A stretch of DNA of 64,000 nt from an uncultured Eubacteriales bacterium (GCA_902773665.1 CACYFF010000006.1:34801-98800); one strand, 5' to 3'; numbered from the stretch's first letter, positions 1-8,716 are shown. Numbers and translations: made by a program. The notes: generated by a model not told the origin, from the sequence alone.

Positions 1-1647
1 CTTGCCGGCGTCGATGATGTAGAACTGCGCGTGCTTGTTTGCCAGATCTCTCTTCATCTTGCCGGTCAGCCTTTCTTCCAGTTCCTCTTTGCTCCATGGG
101 CAGTTGAGAAGGAAGATACCGCCGTCCTTTAAGTCTTCGGTGGTGTCGTATTTCTTAACGTAGGTGGGTGCGTGGACCGCCACAAAGTCCGCCTGGTTGA
201 CCGAATAGGTGGACAGGATCGGCTCGTCGCCGAAACGCAGGTGGGACTGGGTGAGTCCGCCGGACTTCATGGAGTCGTAGGAGAAATAGGCCTGCGCATA
301 TTTGCCTGCCACGAGACCGATGGTGGTGATGGCGTTCTTGTTGGCGCCTACCGTGCCGTCGCCGCCCAGACCCCAGATCTTGCAGGAGATCTGGCCGGGA
401 TGGGGCACCTCGACTTCCTTGTAATCCAGGGAAGTATAGGTAACGTCGTCCACGATGCCGATGGTAAAGTTATTCTTCGGCTCATCCTTCTTCAGGTTGT
501 CGTAGACCGCGATGAACATGCCCGGGGTCGCGTCCTTCGAGGACAGACCGTAGCGGCCGCCGACGACGCGGATGTTGCCGCGGCCGACCTGGTTGAGCGC
601 GGTGACCACGTCCAGATACAGGGGTTCGCCTACGGAACCGGTCTCCTTGGAGCGGTCCAGAACGGCGATCTTCTTTACGGTAGCGGGAATGGCTTCCGCA
701 AAGTGCTTAACGGAGAAGGGTCTGTAGAGGTGGACCTGCAGCAGACCGACCTTGCGGCCGGAGGCGTTCAGATAGTCCACGGTCTCCTTGATAGCTTCGC
801 AGGCGGAGCACATGCAGACGATCATCTCTTCCGCATCCTCTGCGCCGTAATAGTTGAACAGTTTATAATTGCGGCCCGTCAGCTTGTTGATCTCGTCCAT
901 ATAGTGCTGCACGGTCTCGGGAACGACGGCTGCCTTGATGTTGGCGCCTTCCTTCGCCTGGAAATAGACGTCCGGATTGACATTGTTGCCGCGGTTGGTG
1001 GGATGTTCGGGGTTGAGGGAGCCCTTGCGGAAGGCCTTTAAGGCATCGTAGTCCAGCAGGCCGCGCAGGTCTTCGTAGTCCAGCGCTTCGATGCGCTGCA
1101 TTTCATGAGAGGTGCGGAATCCGTCGAAGCAATGCATAAAGGCATACTTGGAGCGAATCGCAGAAAGATGCACGACGGCCGCCAGATCCATGCATTCCTG
1201 GGGAGAAGAAGACATCAGCATGGCATAGCCGGTGGTGCGGCAGGTCATGAAGTCCGTATGATCGCCGAAGATGGAGTGGTGATTCGACGTAACGACGCGG
1301 GATGCGATGTGCATAACGCTGGGCAGGAACTGACCGCCCATGGCGTACATGGCGGGGATCATCAGCATCAGGCCCTGGGAAGAAGTAAAGGTCGTCGTTA
1401 AGGCACCGGCTTGTAGTGACCCGTGACAGGTACCAGCAGCGCCGGCTTCCGACTGCATCTGGATGACGTCTACCGGAAGTCCGAACAGGTTTTTACGGCC
1501 TTTCGCAGACCACTCATCCACCTTCTCCGCCATGGGGGACGACGGAGTGATGGGATAGATCGCAGCAACTTCCGTAAAGGCATAGGCCACGAGGGCTGCC
1601 GCAGTATTTCCGTCCATTACGACGTAATTCTTTTTCGCACCGCTCAT
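1..1647 (-). CDS. nifJ: Pyruvate:ferredoxin/flavodoxin oxidoreductase (PFOR), N-terminal 549 codons; the gene continues past the left edge of the window
   Basis: Absent from the ORF track because there is no stop in the window. Hand translation of the minus strand from ATG 1647 gives MSGAKKNYVVMDGNTAAALVAYAFTEVAAIYPITPSSPMAEKVDEWSAKGRKN...FDGFRTSHE...GLGGDGTVGANK, collinear with PFOR domains I-II. SD AGGAGA lies upstream. Confidence 0.9.
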   Translation of the reverse strand, partial: MSGAKKNYVVMDGNTAAALVAYAFTEVAAIYPITPSSPMAEKVDEWSAKGRKNLFGLPVDVIQMQSEAGAAGTCHGSLQAGALTTTFTSSQGLMLMIPAMYAMGGQFLPSVMHIASRVVTSNHHSIFGDHTDFMTCRTTGYAMLMSSSPQECMDLAAVVHLSAIRSKYAFMHCFDGFRTSHEMQRIEALDYEDLRGLLDYDALKAFRKGSLNPEHPTNRGNNVNPDVYFQAKEGANIKAAVVPETVQHYMDEINKLTGRNYKLFNYYGAEDAEEMIVCMCSACEAIKETVDYLNASGRKVGLLQVHLYRPFSVKHFAEAIPATVKKIAVLDRSKETGSVGEPLYLDVVTALNQVGRGNIRVVGGRYGLSSKDATPGMFIAVYDNLKKDEPKNNFTIGIVDDVTYTSLDYKEVEVPHPGQISCKIWGLGGDGTVGANKNAITTIGLVAGKYAQAYFSYDSMKSGGLTQSHLRFGDEPILSTYSVNQADFVAVHAPTYVKKYDTTEDLKDGGIFLLNCPWSKEELEERLTGKMKRDLANKHAQFYIIDAGK

Positions 1648-1663
1648 CTTGTTTCTCCTTTGT

Positions 1664-1680
1664 TTTTCATATTATGAAAA
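1664..1680. promoter_or_regulatory. Perfect 8-1-8 palindrome TTTTCATA-T-TATGAAAA in the PFOR 5' leader (candidate operator)
   Basis: Read directly. It sits between the PFOR promoter and the SD. Related copies lie at 1741-1755 and 1759-1775. Confidence 0.45.
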
Positions 1681-1712
1681 TAAATACTACAATTTGATAA
1701 TCTCTTAGGGTC

Positions 1713-1740
1713 ATTATAGCATCCGCGGCGCGCTTGTCAA
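1713..1740 (-). promoter_or_regulatory. Near-consensus sigma-A promoter for PFOR (TTGACA, 16 nt, TATAAT)
   Basis: The minus strand reads TTGACAagcgcgccgcggatgcTATAAT, about 65 nt upstream of the PFOR ATG. Confidence 0.6.
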
Positions 1741-1775
1741 TTTCATATTGAGAAATATTTTTTCATAATATGAGA
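1741..1775. promoter_or_regulatory. Two more copies of the TTTCATAWTRWGARA motif next to the PFOR -35 and the iclR-type gene -35
   Basis: tttcatattgagaaa (1741-1755) and ttttcataatatgagat (1759-1775, a 7-1-7 palindrome with 1 mismatch). Confidence 0.4.
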
Positions 1776-1859
1776 TTGAAAGTATTATGGGAATGTGCTA
1801 AAGTATGTATGATTTCACGATGCGAAAAAAAATTAAGTTTTTAGATAAAGGAATGAACC

Positions 1860-2636
1860 ATGGCTGAAAAAAAACATCCTGTCCAATCCATAGACAGGGT
1901 CTTCGATCTCATGGAAATGTTATCTGCCGTGCCCCAGGGGCTTACGCTGTCCGATCTGTCCGCGCAGGCGGGACTTCACGTCAGCACTACGCACCGGCTA
2001 CTCTCTTCTCTCACCCAGCGGGGATACGTCAGAAAGGACGGCAGCACGGGCAAATACCGGCTCACCCTGCGGCTGTTCGAGATCTCCCAGCGGGTCTCCG
2101 CCGTTTTGAATCTGCTGCCGGTCTCCGAGCATTTCCTGGAGGAACTGACGAATCTGTCCGGCGAAGCCGTCCATCTGGTGGAACGCAGCGGCAGCGAAGT
2201 CGTCTACCTGTATAAGTTTGAACCCTACAGCAACCCCATAAACATCTCGTCTTCTGTGGGGCGTCACAACCCCATGTACTGCACCGGCGTCGGCAAGAGC
2301 ATCCTCGCTTATCTGCCGGAGGAAGAGGTAAAGGCGATCTGGGAAAGCAGCGACGTGCAGCAGTTTACGGAGAAGACTTTAACGACCCTTCCCGCCCTGC
2401 TGGCAGATCTGCAGGCGATCCGGGAGCGCGGTTATGCCATCGACGATGAGGAGCACGACCTGGGTGTCCGCTGCATCGCAGCCCCCATCTTCAACTGGGA
2501 CGATCAGCCGATCGCCGCCATCAGCATCTCTGCTCCCTCCAACCGTATGACGGAGGAAGTCAGGCAGAAGCTGGCGCCAAAGCTGATGAATGCTGCGGAG
2601 GAGATCAGCGGATTGCTGGGAAAGAAGCCGGAATAA
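1860..2636 (+). CDS. IclR-family transcriptional regulator
   Basis: 258 aa. N-terminal wHTH (VQSIDRVFDLMEMLS...GLTLSDLSAQAGLHVSTTHRLLSSL) plus a C-terminal IclR effector domain (AIDDEEHDLGVRCIAAPI). Divergent from PFOR. Confidence 0.85.
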   Translation: MAEKKHPVQSIDRVFDLMEMLSAVPQGLTLSDLSAQAGLHVSTTHRLLSSLTQRGYVRKDGSTGKYRLTLRLFEISQRVSAVLNLLPVSEHFLEELTNLSGEAVHLVERSGSEVVYLYKFEPYSNPINISSSVGRHNPMYCTGVGKSILAYLPEEEVKAIWESSDVQQFTEKTLTTLPALLADLQAIRERGYAIDDEEHDLGVRCIAAPIFNWDDQPIAAISISAPSNRMTEEVRQKLAPKLMNAAEEISGLLGKKPE

Positions 2637-2656
2637 AAGATTTCCGGATACCAAAA

Positions 2657-2687
2657 GACCCGGCGGGAGAATTCCCGCCAGGTCTTT
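2657..2687 (+). terminator. Intrinsic terminator after the IclR-type gene
   Basis: GACCCGGCGGGAgaaTTCCCGCCAGGTC followed by TTT. Confidence 0.6.
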
Positions 2688-2750
2688 CGATACAGCCGAT
2701 CAAGTGTTATATTCTGTTTGTCCATAAGTTATATAACCTTATGCAACTTT

Positions 2751-3182
2751 CTAGCGCATCGCCAGGGTCACATCCCCGGTGGCAGCCAGCGTCTCGCCAA
2801 CATAAACTGACGCACTGCAGGTGAAGATCGCCTTCTCGACCTTCGCCTCTTTTATTGTTGCCTTGATCCGCAGTGTATCGCCGGGCCGGATCTTGCTGAG
2901 GAACCGGACGTTGTTGATCCCAATGAAGAGCGGCAGCTTGCCGGGGAACTTCCCGTCTGCCATCAGCAGCACATCCGCGGCCTGCGCCATGCATTCCACG
3001 GTATAGACGCCGGGCAGCACCGGTTCGTCCGGGAAGTGACCGCGGAAGATATCCCGTCCGGGGTCCACATAAAACGTCGTAACGATATGCTCTCCCGGGG
3101 TCAGTTCTTCCACCGTATCCACCAGCAGCATCGGTTCGCGGTGCGGCAGGATCTTCTTTATGCCTTCTTTATCCAGTTTCAT
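2751..3182 (-). CDS. fabZ: 3-hydroxyacyl-ACP dehydratase FabZ (hotdog fold)
   Basis: MKLDKEGIKKILPHREPMLLVD...RGHFPDEPVLPGVYTVECMAQAA carries the FabZ catalytic His and Glu motifs. I take the ATG at 3182 rather than the track start 3215, because it matches FabZ N-termini and forms an ATGA overlap with the upstream stop. Confidence 0.8.
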   Translation of the reverse strand: MKLDKEGIKKILPHREPMLLVDTVEELTPGEHIVTTFYVDPGRDIFRGHFPDEPVLPGVYTVECMAQAADVLLMADGKFPGKLPLFIGINNVRFLSKIRPGDTLRIKATIKEAKVEKAIFTCSASVYVGETLAATGDVTLAMR

Positions 3183-5692
3183 CACAGATACCTTCCCGTC
3201 AAACTCTCCTTGCACTGTTTTATCGCCTCCAGCACGCCGCAGGCGACGATGCGGCCGCCCGCCTCGCCTCCGCCCGGTCCCATGTCCACGATATAGTCCG
3301 CGCTGCGGATAACATCTAGATCGTGCTCGATGACCACGACCGTCGCGCCGTGGTCGATCAACCCCTGAAAGACCCCCAGCAGTGTCTGTACATCCAGCGG
3401 ATGCAGACCGATGGTGGGCTCATCGAAGACGAACACCGTATCTTCCTGGCGCCTGCCCATCTCGGAAGCCAGCTTTAAGCGCTGCGCCTCGCCGCCCGAC
3501 AGGCTGGGCGTATCTTCGCCGAGCGTTAGGTAGCCGAGCCCCAGATCTGCCAGGATCTGCAGTTTCGGGTTCACGGCGTTCAGGTCGGAGCAGGCCTTTA
3601 GCGCGTGGTTCACATCCATGGCCATCAGCTCCGGCAGCGAATACTCGCCCCCATTCTTCCCTTTTCTGCGGATGCTTCCGCATTCTTTGCCGTAGCGGCT
3701 GCCGCGGCAGTCCGGGCACGGAATGTCCACGTCCGGCAGGAACTGCACGTCCAGGCTGATGCTTCCGGTGCCGTCGCAGGTCGGGCAGCGCAGATCCCCC
3801 GTATTGTACGAGAAGTCGCCCGCTTTGCGGCCCAGCCGTTTCGCATCCGGCGTTCTCGCGTAAGCCTTGCGCAGTTCGTCGTGGACGCCTGCGTAAGTTG
3901 CCACCGTGGAGCGGATGTTGATGCCGATGGGCGTCGCATCGATCAATTTCGCGTGGGCAATGCCATCCGCCTCGATCATCTTAACATGGTCTGGCAGCTT
4001 TGACCCCTCCAGCGCCGCCTGCAGCCCCGGGATAAGGCTCTCCAGGACCAGCGTCGTCTTGCCGGATCCGGACACCCCGGTGACCGCCGTCAGCCGCCCC
4101 TTGGGAATGCGGACTTCCAGCGGCTTTACTGTATGGATCTGCTCCGTCGAAAGCCGGATCTCGCCAAGATCGAACAGATGCGCGGCGTCTGCGCGGTGTC
4201 TGCCCTCTGCAGACTTAACCGCCAGAAACGGTCCGATCTTCGAATCCGCGTTCGCTGCGACATCCGCTATCGTCCCTTCCGCGATCACCCGGCCGCCATC
4301 CGCGCCGCTGCCGGGGCCCATCTCCACGATCCAGTCCGATTCCTTTAAGATCTGAACGTCATGATCCACGAGGACGACGGAATTGCCGTCCGCCACCAGG
4401 TCGTGCATCACGGCGTTCAAGCCCTCGATGTTGGAGGGATGCAGGCCGATGGAGGGCTCATCGAGCACGTACAGAACGCCTGTCGTGCGGTTGCGCACCG
4501 CTCTGGCCAGCTGCATGCGCTGCCGCTCCCCCGTGGAGAGCGTGGAGGCTGCCCGGTCCAGCGTAAGGTACGAAAGTCCCAGGTCCATCAGTCTTTTTGC
4601 GCTGTCCAGGAACGACTCGCAGATGGATTCCGCCATGGGGCGCATTTCCTCCGGCAGAGAAGCCGGCACGCCCTTTACCCACTCGATGGATTCTTCCAGG
4701 GTCATCTTGCAGGCGTCGGCCAGGGAGATGCCCCGCAGGCGCGGCGCTCTCGCCGCATCCGAAAGACGCGTGCCGCCGCAGTCCGGGCATTCGTCTTCAC
4801 GCAGGAATTTCTCGACGCGCTTCATGCCCTTCTCGTCCTTCACCTTCGCCAGCGCGTTCTCCACCGTGTATTTCGCGTTAAAATACGTAAAATCCATCTC
4901 GCCGGTTGCGCCGCTGGTGTGGTTCTGGTAGATCATATGATGCTTTACGGGAGGTCCGTGGAACACGATCTCCCGTTCTTTTTCCGTCAGATCTTTGAAA
5001 GGCACATCCGTCCGCACTCCGAGCTCCCTCGCGATATCCTTCATCAGCGACCACATCAGGGTCTGCCAGGGCAGCACGGCGCCTTCGTCGATCGTCAGGG
5101 ATTCATCGGGCACCAGCGTGGATTCGTCCACGATGCGAACGATGCCGGTGCCGCCGCAGGTGCGGCAGGCGCCCTGGCTGTTGAAGGCCAGTTCCTCCGC
5201 GCCGGGGCCGTAGAAGTGAGCTCCGCAGACCGGGCACACCTGCTCCCGTTCTGCCGCAACATCCATGGAAGGCTCCAGATAGTGTCCGTTGGGGCAGCGG
5301 TGGCTGGCGAGCCGGGAGAACATCAGGCGCAGGCTGTTGAGCAGTTCCGTTCCGGTTCCGAACGTACTGCGGATGCCGGGCAGCGCCGGCCGCTGGTGCA
5401 GCGCCAGGGACGCCGGCACATACAGCACTTCGTCCACGGAAGCCCTTGCTGCCTGGGTCATGCGGCGACGGGTATAGGTCGAGAGCGACTCCAGATAACG
5501 CCGGGACCCTTCTGCATACAGCACGCCGAGGGCAAGCGAAGATTTGCCGGAGCCCGAGACTCCGGCGATGCCGACGATCTTCCCCAGAGGGATATCCACG
5601 TCGATATTTTTCAGATTATGCACGCGGGCGCCCCGCACCAGGATATGATCGGGTGCGGGAGCAGCTTTTCGCGCGTTTCTGTCTACGGTCAT
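3182..5692 (-). CDS. UvrA paralog (class II-like excinuclease ABC subunit A homolog lacking the UvrB-binding domain)
   Basis: 836 aa. Two ABC modules (GVSGSGKSS / LSTGERQR / LDEPSIGLH and GVSGSGKTT / LSGGEAQR / FDEPTIGLH). Zn modules CPNGH-x18-CPVCG, CRTCGGTG, CPDCGGT and CPTCDGTG...CPDCRGSRY. Only about 20 aa separate the first two Cys pairs, where canonical UvrA carries a domain of about 140 aa. Confidence 0.85.
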   Translation of the reverse strand: MTVDRNARKAAPAPDHILVRGARVHNLKNIDVDIPLGKIVGIAGVSGSGKSSLALGVLYAEGSRRYLESLSTYTRRRMTQAARASVDEVLYVPASLALHQRPALPGIRSTFGTGTELLNSLRLMFSRLASHRCPNGHYLEPSMDVAAEREQVCPVCGAHFYGPGAEELAFNSQGACRTCGGTGIVRIVDESTLVPDESLTIDEGAVLPWQTLMWSLMKDIARELGVRTDVPFKDLTEKEREIVFHGPPVKHHMIYQNHTSGATGEMDFTYFNAKYTVENALAKVKDEKGMKRVEKFLREDECPDCGGTRLSDAARAPRLRGISLADACKMTLEESIEWVKGVPASLPEEMRPMAESICESFLDSAKRLMDLGLSYLTLDRAASTLSTGERQRMQLARAVRNRTTGVLYVLDEPSIGLHPSNIEGLNAVMHDLVADGNSVVLVDHDVQILKESDWIVEMGPGSGADGGRVIAEGTIADVAANADSKIGPFLAVKSAEGRHRADAAHLFDLGEIRLSTEQIHTVKPLEVRIPKGRLTAVTGVSGSGKTTLVLESLIPGLQAALEGSKLPDHVKMIEADGIAHAKLIDATPIGINIRSTVATYAGVHDELRKAYARTPDAKRLGRKAGDFSYNTGDLRCPTCDGTGSISLDVQFLPDVDIPCPDCRGSRYGKECGSIRRKGKNGGEYSLPELMAMDVNHALKACSDLNAVNPKLQILADLGLGYLTLGEDTPSLSGGEAQRLKLASEMGRRQEDTVFVFDEPTIGLHPLDVQTLLGVFQGLIDHGATVVVIEHDLDVIRSADYIVDMGPGGGEAGGRIVACGVLEAIKQCKESLTGRYL

Positions 5693-7032
5693 TTGTTTTC
5701 GTGTTCCTTTTTCCAGTCTTTGATCTGCTGCAGGCGCTCCTTAAAGCGTCCTTCGTTGCCCTGCTCCGTGGGGCGGTAATACTCCCGGCCCACCAGGGAA
5801 TCGGGCAGGCACTGCAGCGTGGTCAGCCGGTCTTCGTAATCGTGGGCATACATGTAGCCCTTGCCGTAACCCACTTCCTTCATGAGCTTCGTCGGCGCGT
5901 TGCGGATCTGCATGGGAACCGGCTCATCGATCTGGGACAAAGCGTCGCGCTTCGCCTCCATGTAGGCCACATCCAGAGCGTTGGATTTCGGAACGATGGA
6001 CAGATAGACGACGGCCTGGGTGAGATGCACGCTGCACTCCGGCATGCCGATGAAGTGGCAGGCCTGATACGCCGCGACCGCCATCTCCAGAGCTCTGGGG
6101 TCTGCAAGGCCCACATCCTCGCTGGCAAAGCGTACCACGCGCCGGGCGATGTACAGCGGGTCTTCTCCGGACTCCAGCATGCGGGCCAGCCAGTAGACCG
6201 CCGCGTCCGGATCGGAGTTGCGCATGGATTTATGCAGGGCGGAGATCAGATTGTAGTGCTCTTCGCCGGATTTATCGTACAGCAGAGATTTGCGGGACGT
6301 GCATTGTTCCAGCACCTCCCGGGTGACCCTTACAGCCTCCGGATGCTCGTCCGTGCCCGCGGGCTCGCCGTTGAGCACCGCCATCTCCAGGGTGGACAGC
6401 GCCGTTCTGGCGTCGCCGCTGCAAAAGCGAGCGATCATGGGCAGTACGCCCTCCTCCACCTCCACCAGCTGGTTGCCAAAGCCCTGAGGGCTATCCAGCG
6501 CCCGCTGCAGGAGGGTCACGATATCCTCCTCCGTAAGAGCCTTCAGAACAAACACCTTGCAGCGGGACAAAAGCGCCCCGTTCACCTCAAACGACGGGTT
6601 TTCCGTGGTGGCGCCGATCAGGATGATGGCCCCCTTTTCCACGAAGGGCAGAAAAGCGTCCTGCTGCGCCTTGTTAAAGCGGTGGATCTCATCCACGAAG
6701 ACGATGGTCTTCTCCCCGAATCGCCGGCTCTCGTCCGCCTCCTTCATCACCTCTTTGATCTCCTTGATGCCGCTGGTGACGGCGGAGAAATTGATAAAGC
6801 GCGCTTTCGTATGATTGGCGATGACCCCCGCCAGCGTCGTCTTGCCCACGCCCGGCGGACCCCAGAAGATCATGGAAGACACCGCGTCCTGTTCGATGAT
6901 GCGGCGGAGCACCCTCCCCGGTCCCAGCAGATGCTGCTGTCCCACGATCTCGTCGATGGTCTGGGGGCGCATGCGGGCCGGCAGGGGCTGCGGCATGTCG
7001 TGTTCGAATATGGTTAACTGGTCCTTGTTCAT
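5689..7032 (-). CDS. rarA: Replication-associated recombination protein A (RarA/MgsA AAA+ ATPase)
   Basis: 447 aa. LPARMRPQTIDEIVGQQHLLG...MIFWGPPGVGKTTLA...VFVDEIHRFNKAQQD. ATGA overlap with the downstream UvrA paralog. Confidence 0.9.
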   Translation of the reverse strand: MNKDQLTIFEHDMPQPLPARMRPQTIDEIVGQQHLLGPGRVLRRIIEQDAVSSMIFWGPPGVGKTTLAGVIANHTKARFINFSAVTSGIKEIKEVMKEADESRRFGEKTIVFVDEIHRFNKAQQDAFLPFVEKGAIILIGATTENPSFEVNGALLSRCKVFVLKALTEEDIVTLLQRALDSPQGFGNQLVEVEEGVLPMIARFCSGDARTALSTLEMAVLNGEPAGTDEHPEAVRVTREVLEQCTSRKSLLYDKSGEEHYNLISALHKSMRNSDPDAAVYWLARMLESGEDPLYIARRVVRFASEDVGLADPRALEMAVAAYQACHFIGMPECSVHLTQAVVYLSIVPKSNALDVAYMEAKRDALSQIDEPVPMQIRNAPTKLMKEVGYGKGYMYAHDYEDRLTTLQCLPDSLVGREYYRPTEQGNEGRFKERLQQIKDWKKEHENK

Positions 7033-7054
7033 CGGTCGATTCCTTTAACAAAAG

Positions 7055-7068
7055 AGAACAATTGTTCT
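7055..7068. promoter_or_regulatory. Cheo-type LexA (SOS) box AGAACAATTGTTCT
   Basis: Perfect 14-bp palindrome with a GAAC-N4-GTTC core, 5 nt downstream of the -10 of the rarA promoter and 22 nt upstream of the rarA ATG. Confidence 0.6.
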
Positions 7069-7073
7069 ATTTT

Positions 7074-7102
7074 ATCATATCATATTTTGCCTCTGCTTTC
7101 AA
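7074..7102 (-). promoter_or_regulatory. Promoter of the rarA operon (TTGAAA, 17 nt, TGaTATGAT)
   Basis: The minus strand reads TTGAAAgcagaggcaaaatatgaTATGATaaaatAGAACAATTGTTCT. Confidence 0.55.
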
Positions 7103-7109
7103 GGCATAG

Positions 7110-7139
7110 AAAAACGCCGCCGGAGCGTTTCCGGCGGCG
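7110..7139 (-). terminator. Intrinsic terminator after desulfoferrodoxin
   Basis: The minus strand reads CGCCGCCGGAaacgcTCCGGCGGCG followed by TTTTT. Confidence 0.8.
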
Positions 7140-7149
7140 CAGATCGTCT

Positions 7150-7524
7150 TTACAGATCCTTCTTCCACAGTCCGTGGAGATTGCAGTAGGCGTAAACAGC
7201 TTTCGGCGTTTCATCGCACAGCGCGAAGCAGACTTCCGGAGCGTCGCCAGGCTTTAAGGCCTTGCGGGCGCCGCCCTTGTCGGTCTCCAGATAGATCCAT
7301 TCGATATAATGCTCTTCGAGCATGGGATGGGTCACGGAACCGACCTGGACCTTCACGATGTTATCCTCGACCTTGACGTCGGGGATGTGCTTCTCGAAGC
7401 TGGCCTCGACCGTGTTAGCTTCCAGATGATCCATGGGCTTGCCGCAGCAGACCACGGGCACGCCGCTGTCATGGATCTTGCCGATGATATTGCCGCATAC
7501 GCTGCACTTATAGAATTTGCTCAT
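7150..7524 (-). CDS. dfx: Desulfoferrodoxin (2Fe superoxide reductase)
   Basis: 124 aa. N-terminal CSVCGN...CCGKPM desulforedoxin-like site plus the SOR domain (HPMLEEHYIEWI...CNLHGLW). Confidence 0.9.
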   Translation of the reverse strand: MSKFYKCSVCGNIIGKIHDSGVPVVCCGKPMDHLEANTVEASFEKHIPDVKVEDNIVKVQVGSVTHPMLEEHYIEWIYLETDKGGARKALKPGDAPEVCFALCDETPKAVYAYCNLHGLWKKDL

Positions 7525-7533
7525 GCGTCCCTC

Positions 7534-8082
7534 CTAATAATTCTCACAATTGACTTCGAAATAAGCCTGGGGATGCGCGCAGACAGGGCACACGTCGGGC
7601 GCCTTCTCGCCCACCATGATATGCCCGCAGTTTCTGCATTCCCATACCTTAACGCTGCTCTTCTCGAAGACCTGCTTTGTCTCCACGTTCTTCAGCAGCG
7701 CTCTGTAGCGTTCCTCGTGATGCTTCTCGATGGCCGCGACACCGCGGAACTTTTCCGCCAGTTCCGGGAAGCCTTCTTCTTCCGCGGTCTTCGCGAACCC
7801 TTCGTACATGTCGGTCCATTCGTAGTTTTCGCCGTCTGCCGCGTCTGCCAGATTCTCCGCAGTGGAGCCGATGCCGTTCAATTCCTTAAACCAGAGCTTC
7901 GCATGCTCCTTTTCGTTTTCCGCCGTCTTCAGGAACAGCGCGGAGATCTGCTCGAAGCCTTCCTTCTTTGCTTTCGACGCGTAATACGTATACTTGTTGC
8001 GGGCCTGGGACTCGCCGGCAAACGCTGCCAGCAGGTTCTGTTCTGTCTTAGTTCCAGAATAGGGGTTTTTCTTTTCGCTCAT
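7534..8082 (-). CDS. rbr: Rubrerythrin
   Basis: 182 aa. The ferritin-like diiron domain ([22 protein letters not shown]...EKEHAKLW...EKHHEERY) is followed by a C-terminal rubredoxin CRNCGH...CPVC. Confidence 0.9.
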   Translation of the reverse strand: MSEKKNPYSGTKTEQNLLAAFAGESQARNKYTYYASKAKKEGFEQISALFLKTAENEKEHAKLWFKELNGIGSTAENLADAADGENYEWTDMYEGFAKTAEEEGFPELAEKFRGVAAIEKHHEERYRALLKNVETKQVFEKSSVKVWECRNCGHIMVGEKAPDVCPVCAHPQAYFEVNCENY

Positions 8083-8115
8083 AAAGCTCCTCCTTCCATC
8101 AATTCACTGCACGGA

Positions 8116-8595
8116 TCACGACTCGTTTACCAGTTTGCCTGTCATGTGCTCCGGTTTGAGCGCAAACAGCAGCGTACCGCCGGCCGCCTTCATCTCCTTG
8201 GCGATGTAAGCCTCGTCGTCCGTAAACTTGTGGGAAAGCTGCGTCATAATGTCGACGATCGTGTCTTTATCCTCGATAAACTCTACCTTGCCGAACACGA
8301 CGACGCTCTTGATGTTGAGCGCCCAATCCCCTTCTTTTATAAAGCCTTCGTCGTAGCACACGAAGCAGATCTTGTCGTGCTTCTTCATGGCATCGACCTT
8401 GTGGCCCTTCTTGTTGCTGTGGAAATAGATCTTCCCATCTGCCTCGTTATAGAAGTGGTTCGTGGGCGTGCCGTAGGGATAGTCGTCGTCACCTAATACG
8501 CACAGGATGCCGCGCTTCTGTTCCTTCAGGATCTGAATGCATTCTTCTTCCGAGATCTGCTGCTTTGCTCTCGGTGCCGCCATTGGTCTAAACAT
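8116..8595 (-). CDS. Pyridoxamine 5'-phosphate oxidase-family FMN-binding protein (NimA-like split barrel)
   Basis: 159 aa. CIQILKEQKRGILCVLGDDDYPYGTPTNHFY..GKIYFHS pattern. First gene of an apparent operon with rbr and dfx. Confidence 0.65.
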   Translation of the reverse strand: MFRPMAAPRAKQQISEEECIQILKEQKRGILCVLGDDDYPYGTPTNHFYNEADGKIYFHSNKKGHKVDAMKKHDKICFVCYDEGFIKEGDWALNIKSVVVFGKVEFIEDKDTIVDIMTQLSHKFTDDEAYIAKEMKAAGGTLLFALKPEHMTGKLVNES

Positions 8596-8716
8596 GTCGA
8601 TGTACCTCCGATACCGCCATTATACTAAAAAACCCGGGTTATGTGTTTTACAAGCCGTAAAAAGAAGAATAAAATATATTTGTATAACCCATCAACAAAA
8701 AGGAGGTACCCTACCC

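Noticed and set aside
5446-7017. 523-aa plus-strand ORF; similar long ORFs occur at 4361-5779, 7309-8496, 20904-21875, 27920-29395, 31786-32871, 39518-40528, 43189-44514, 54151-55626, 56285-57529, 58042-59205 and 61668-62660.
   Set aside because: Each lies antisense to a gene with clear family motifs on the other strand. They are Arg/Gly/His/Asp/Leu-rich, have no SD, and resemble no family I recognise. They are typical shadow ORFs of GC-rich DNA.
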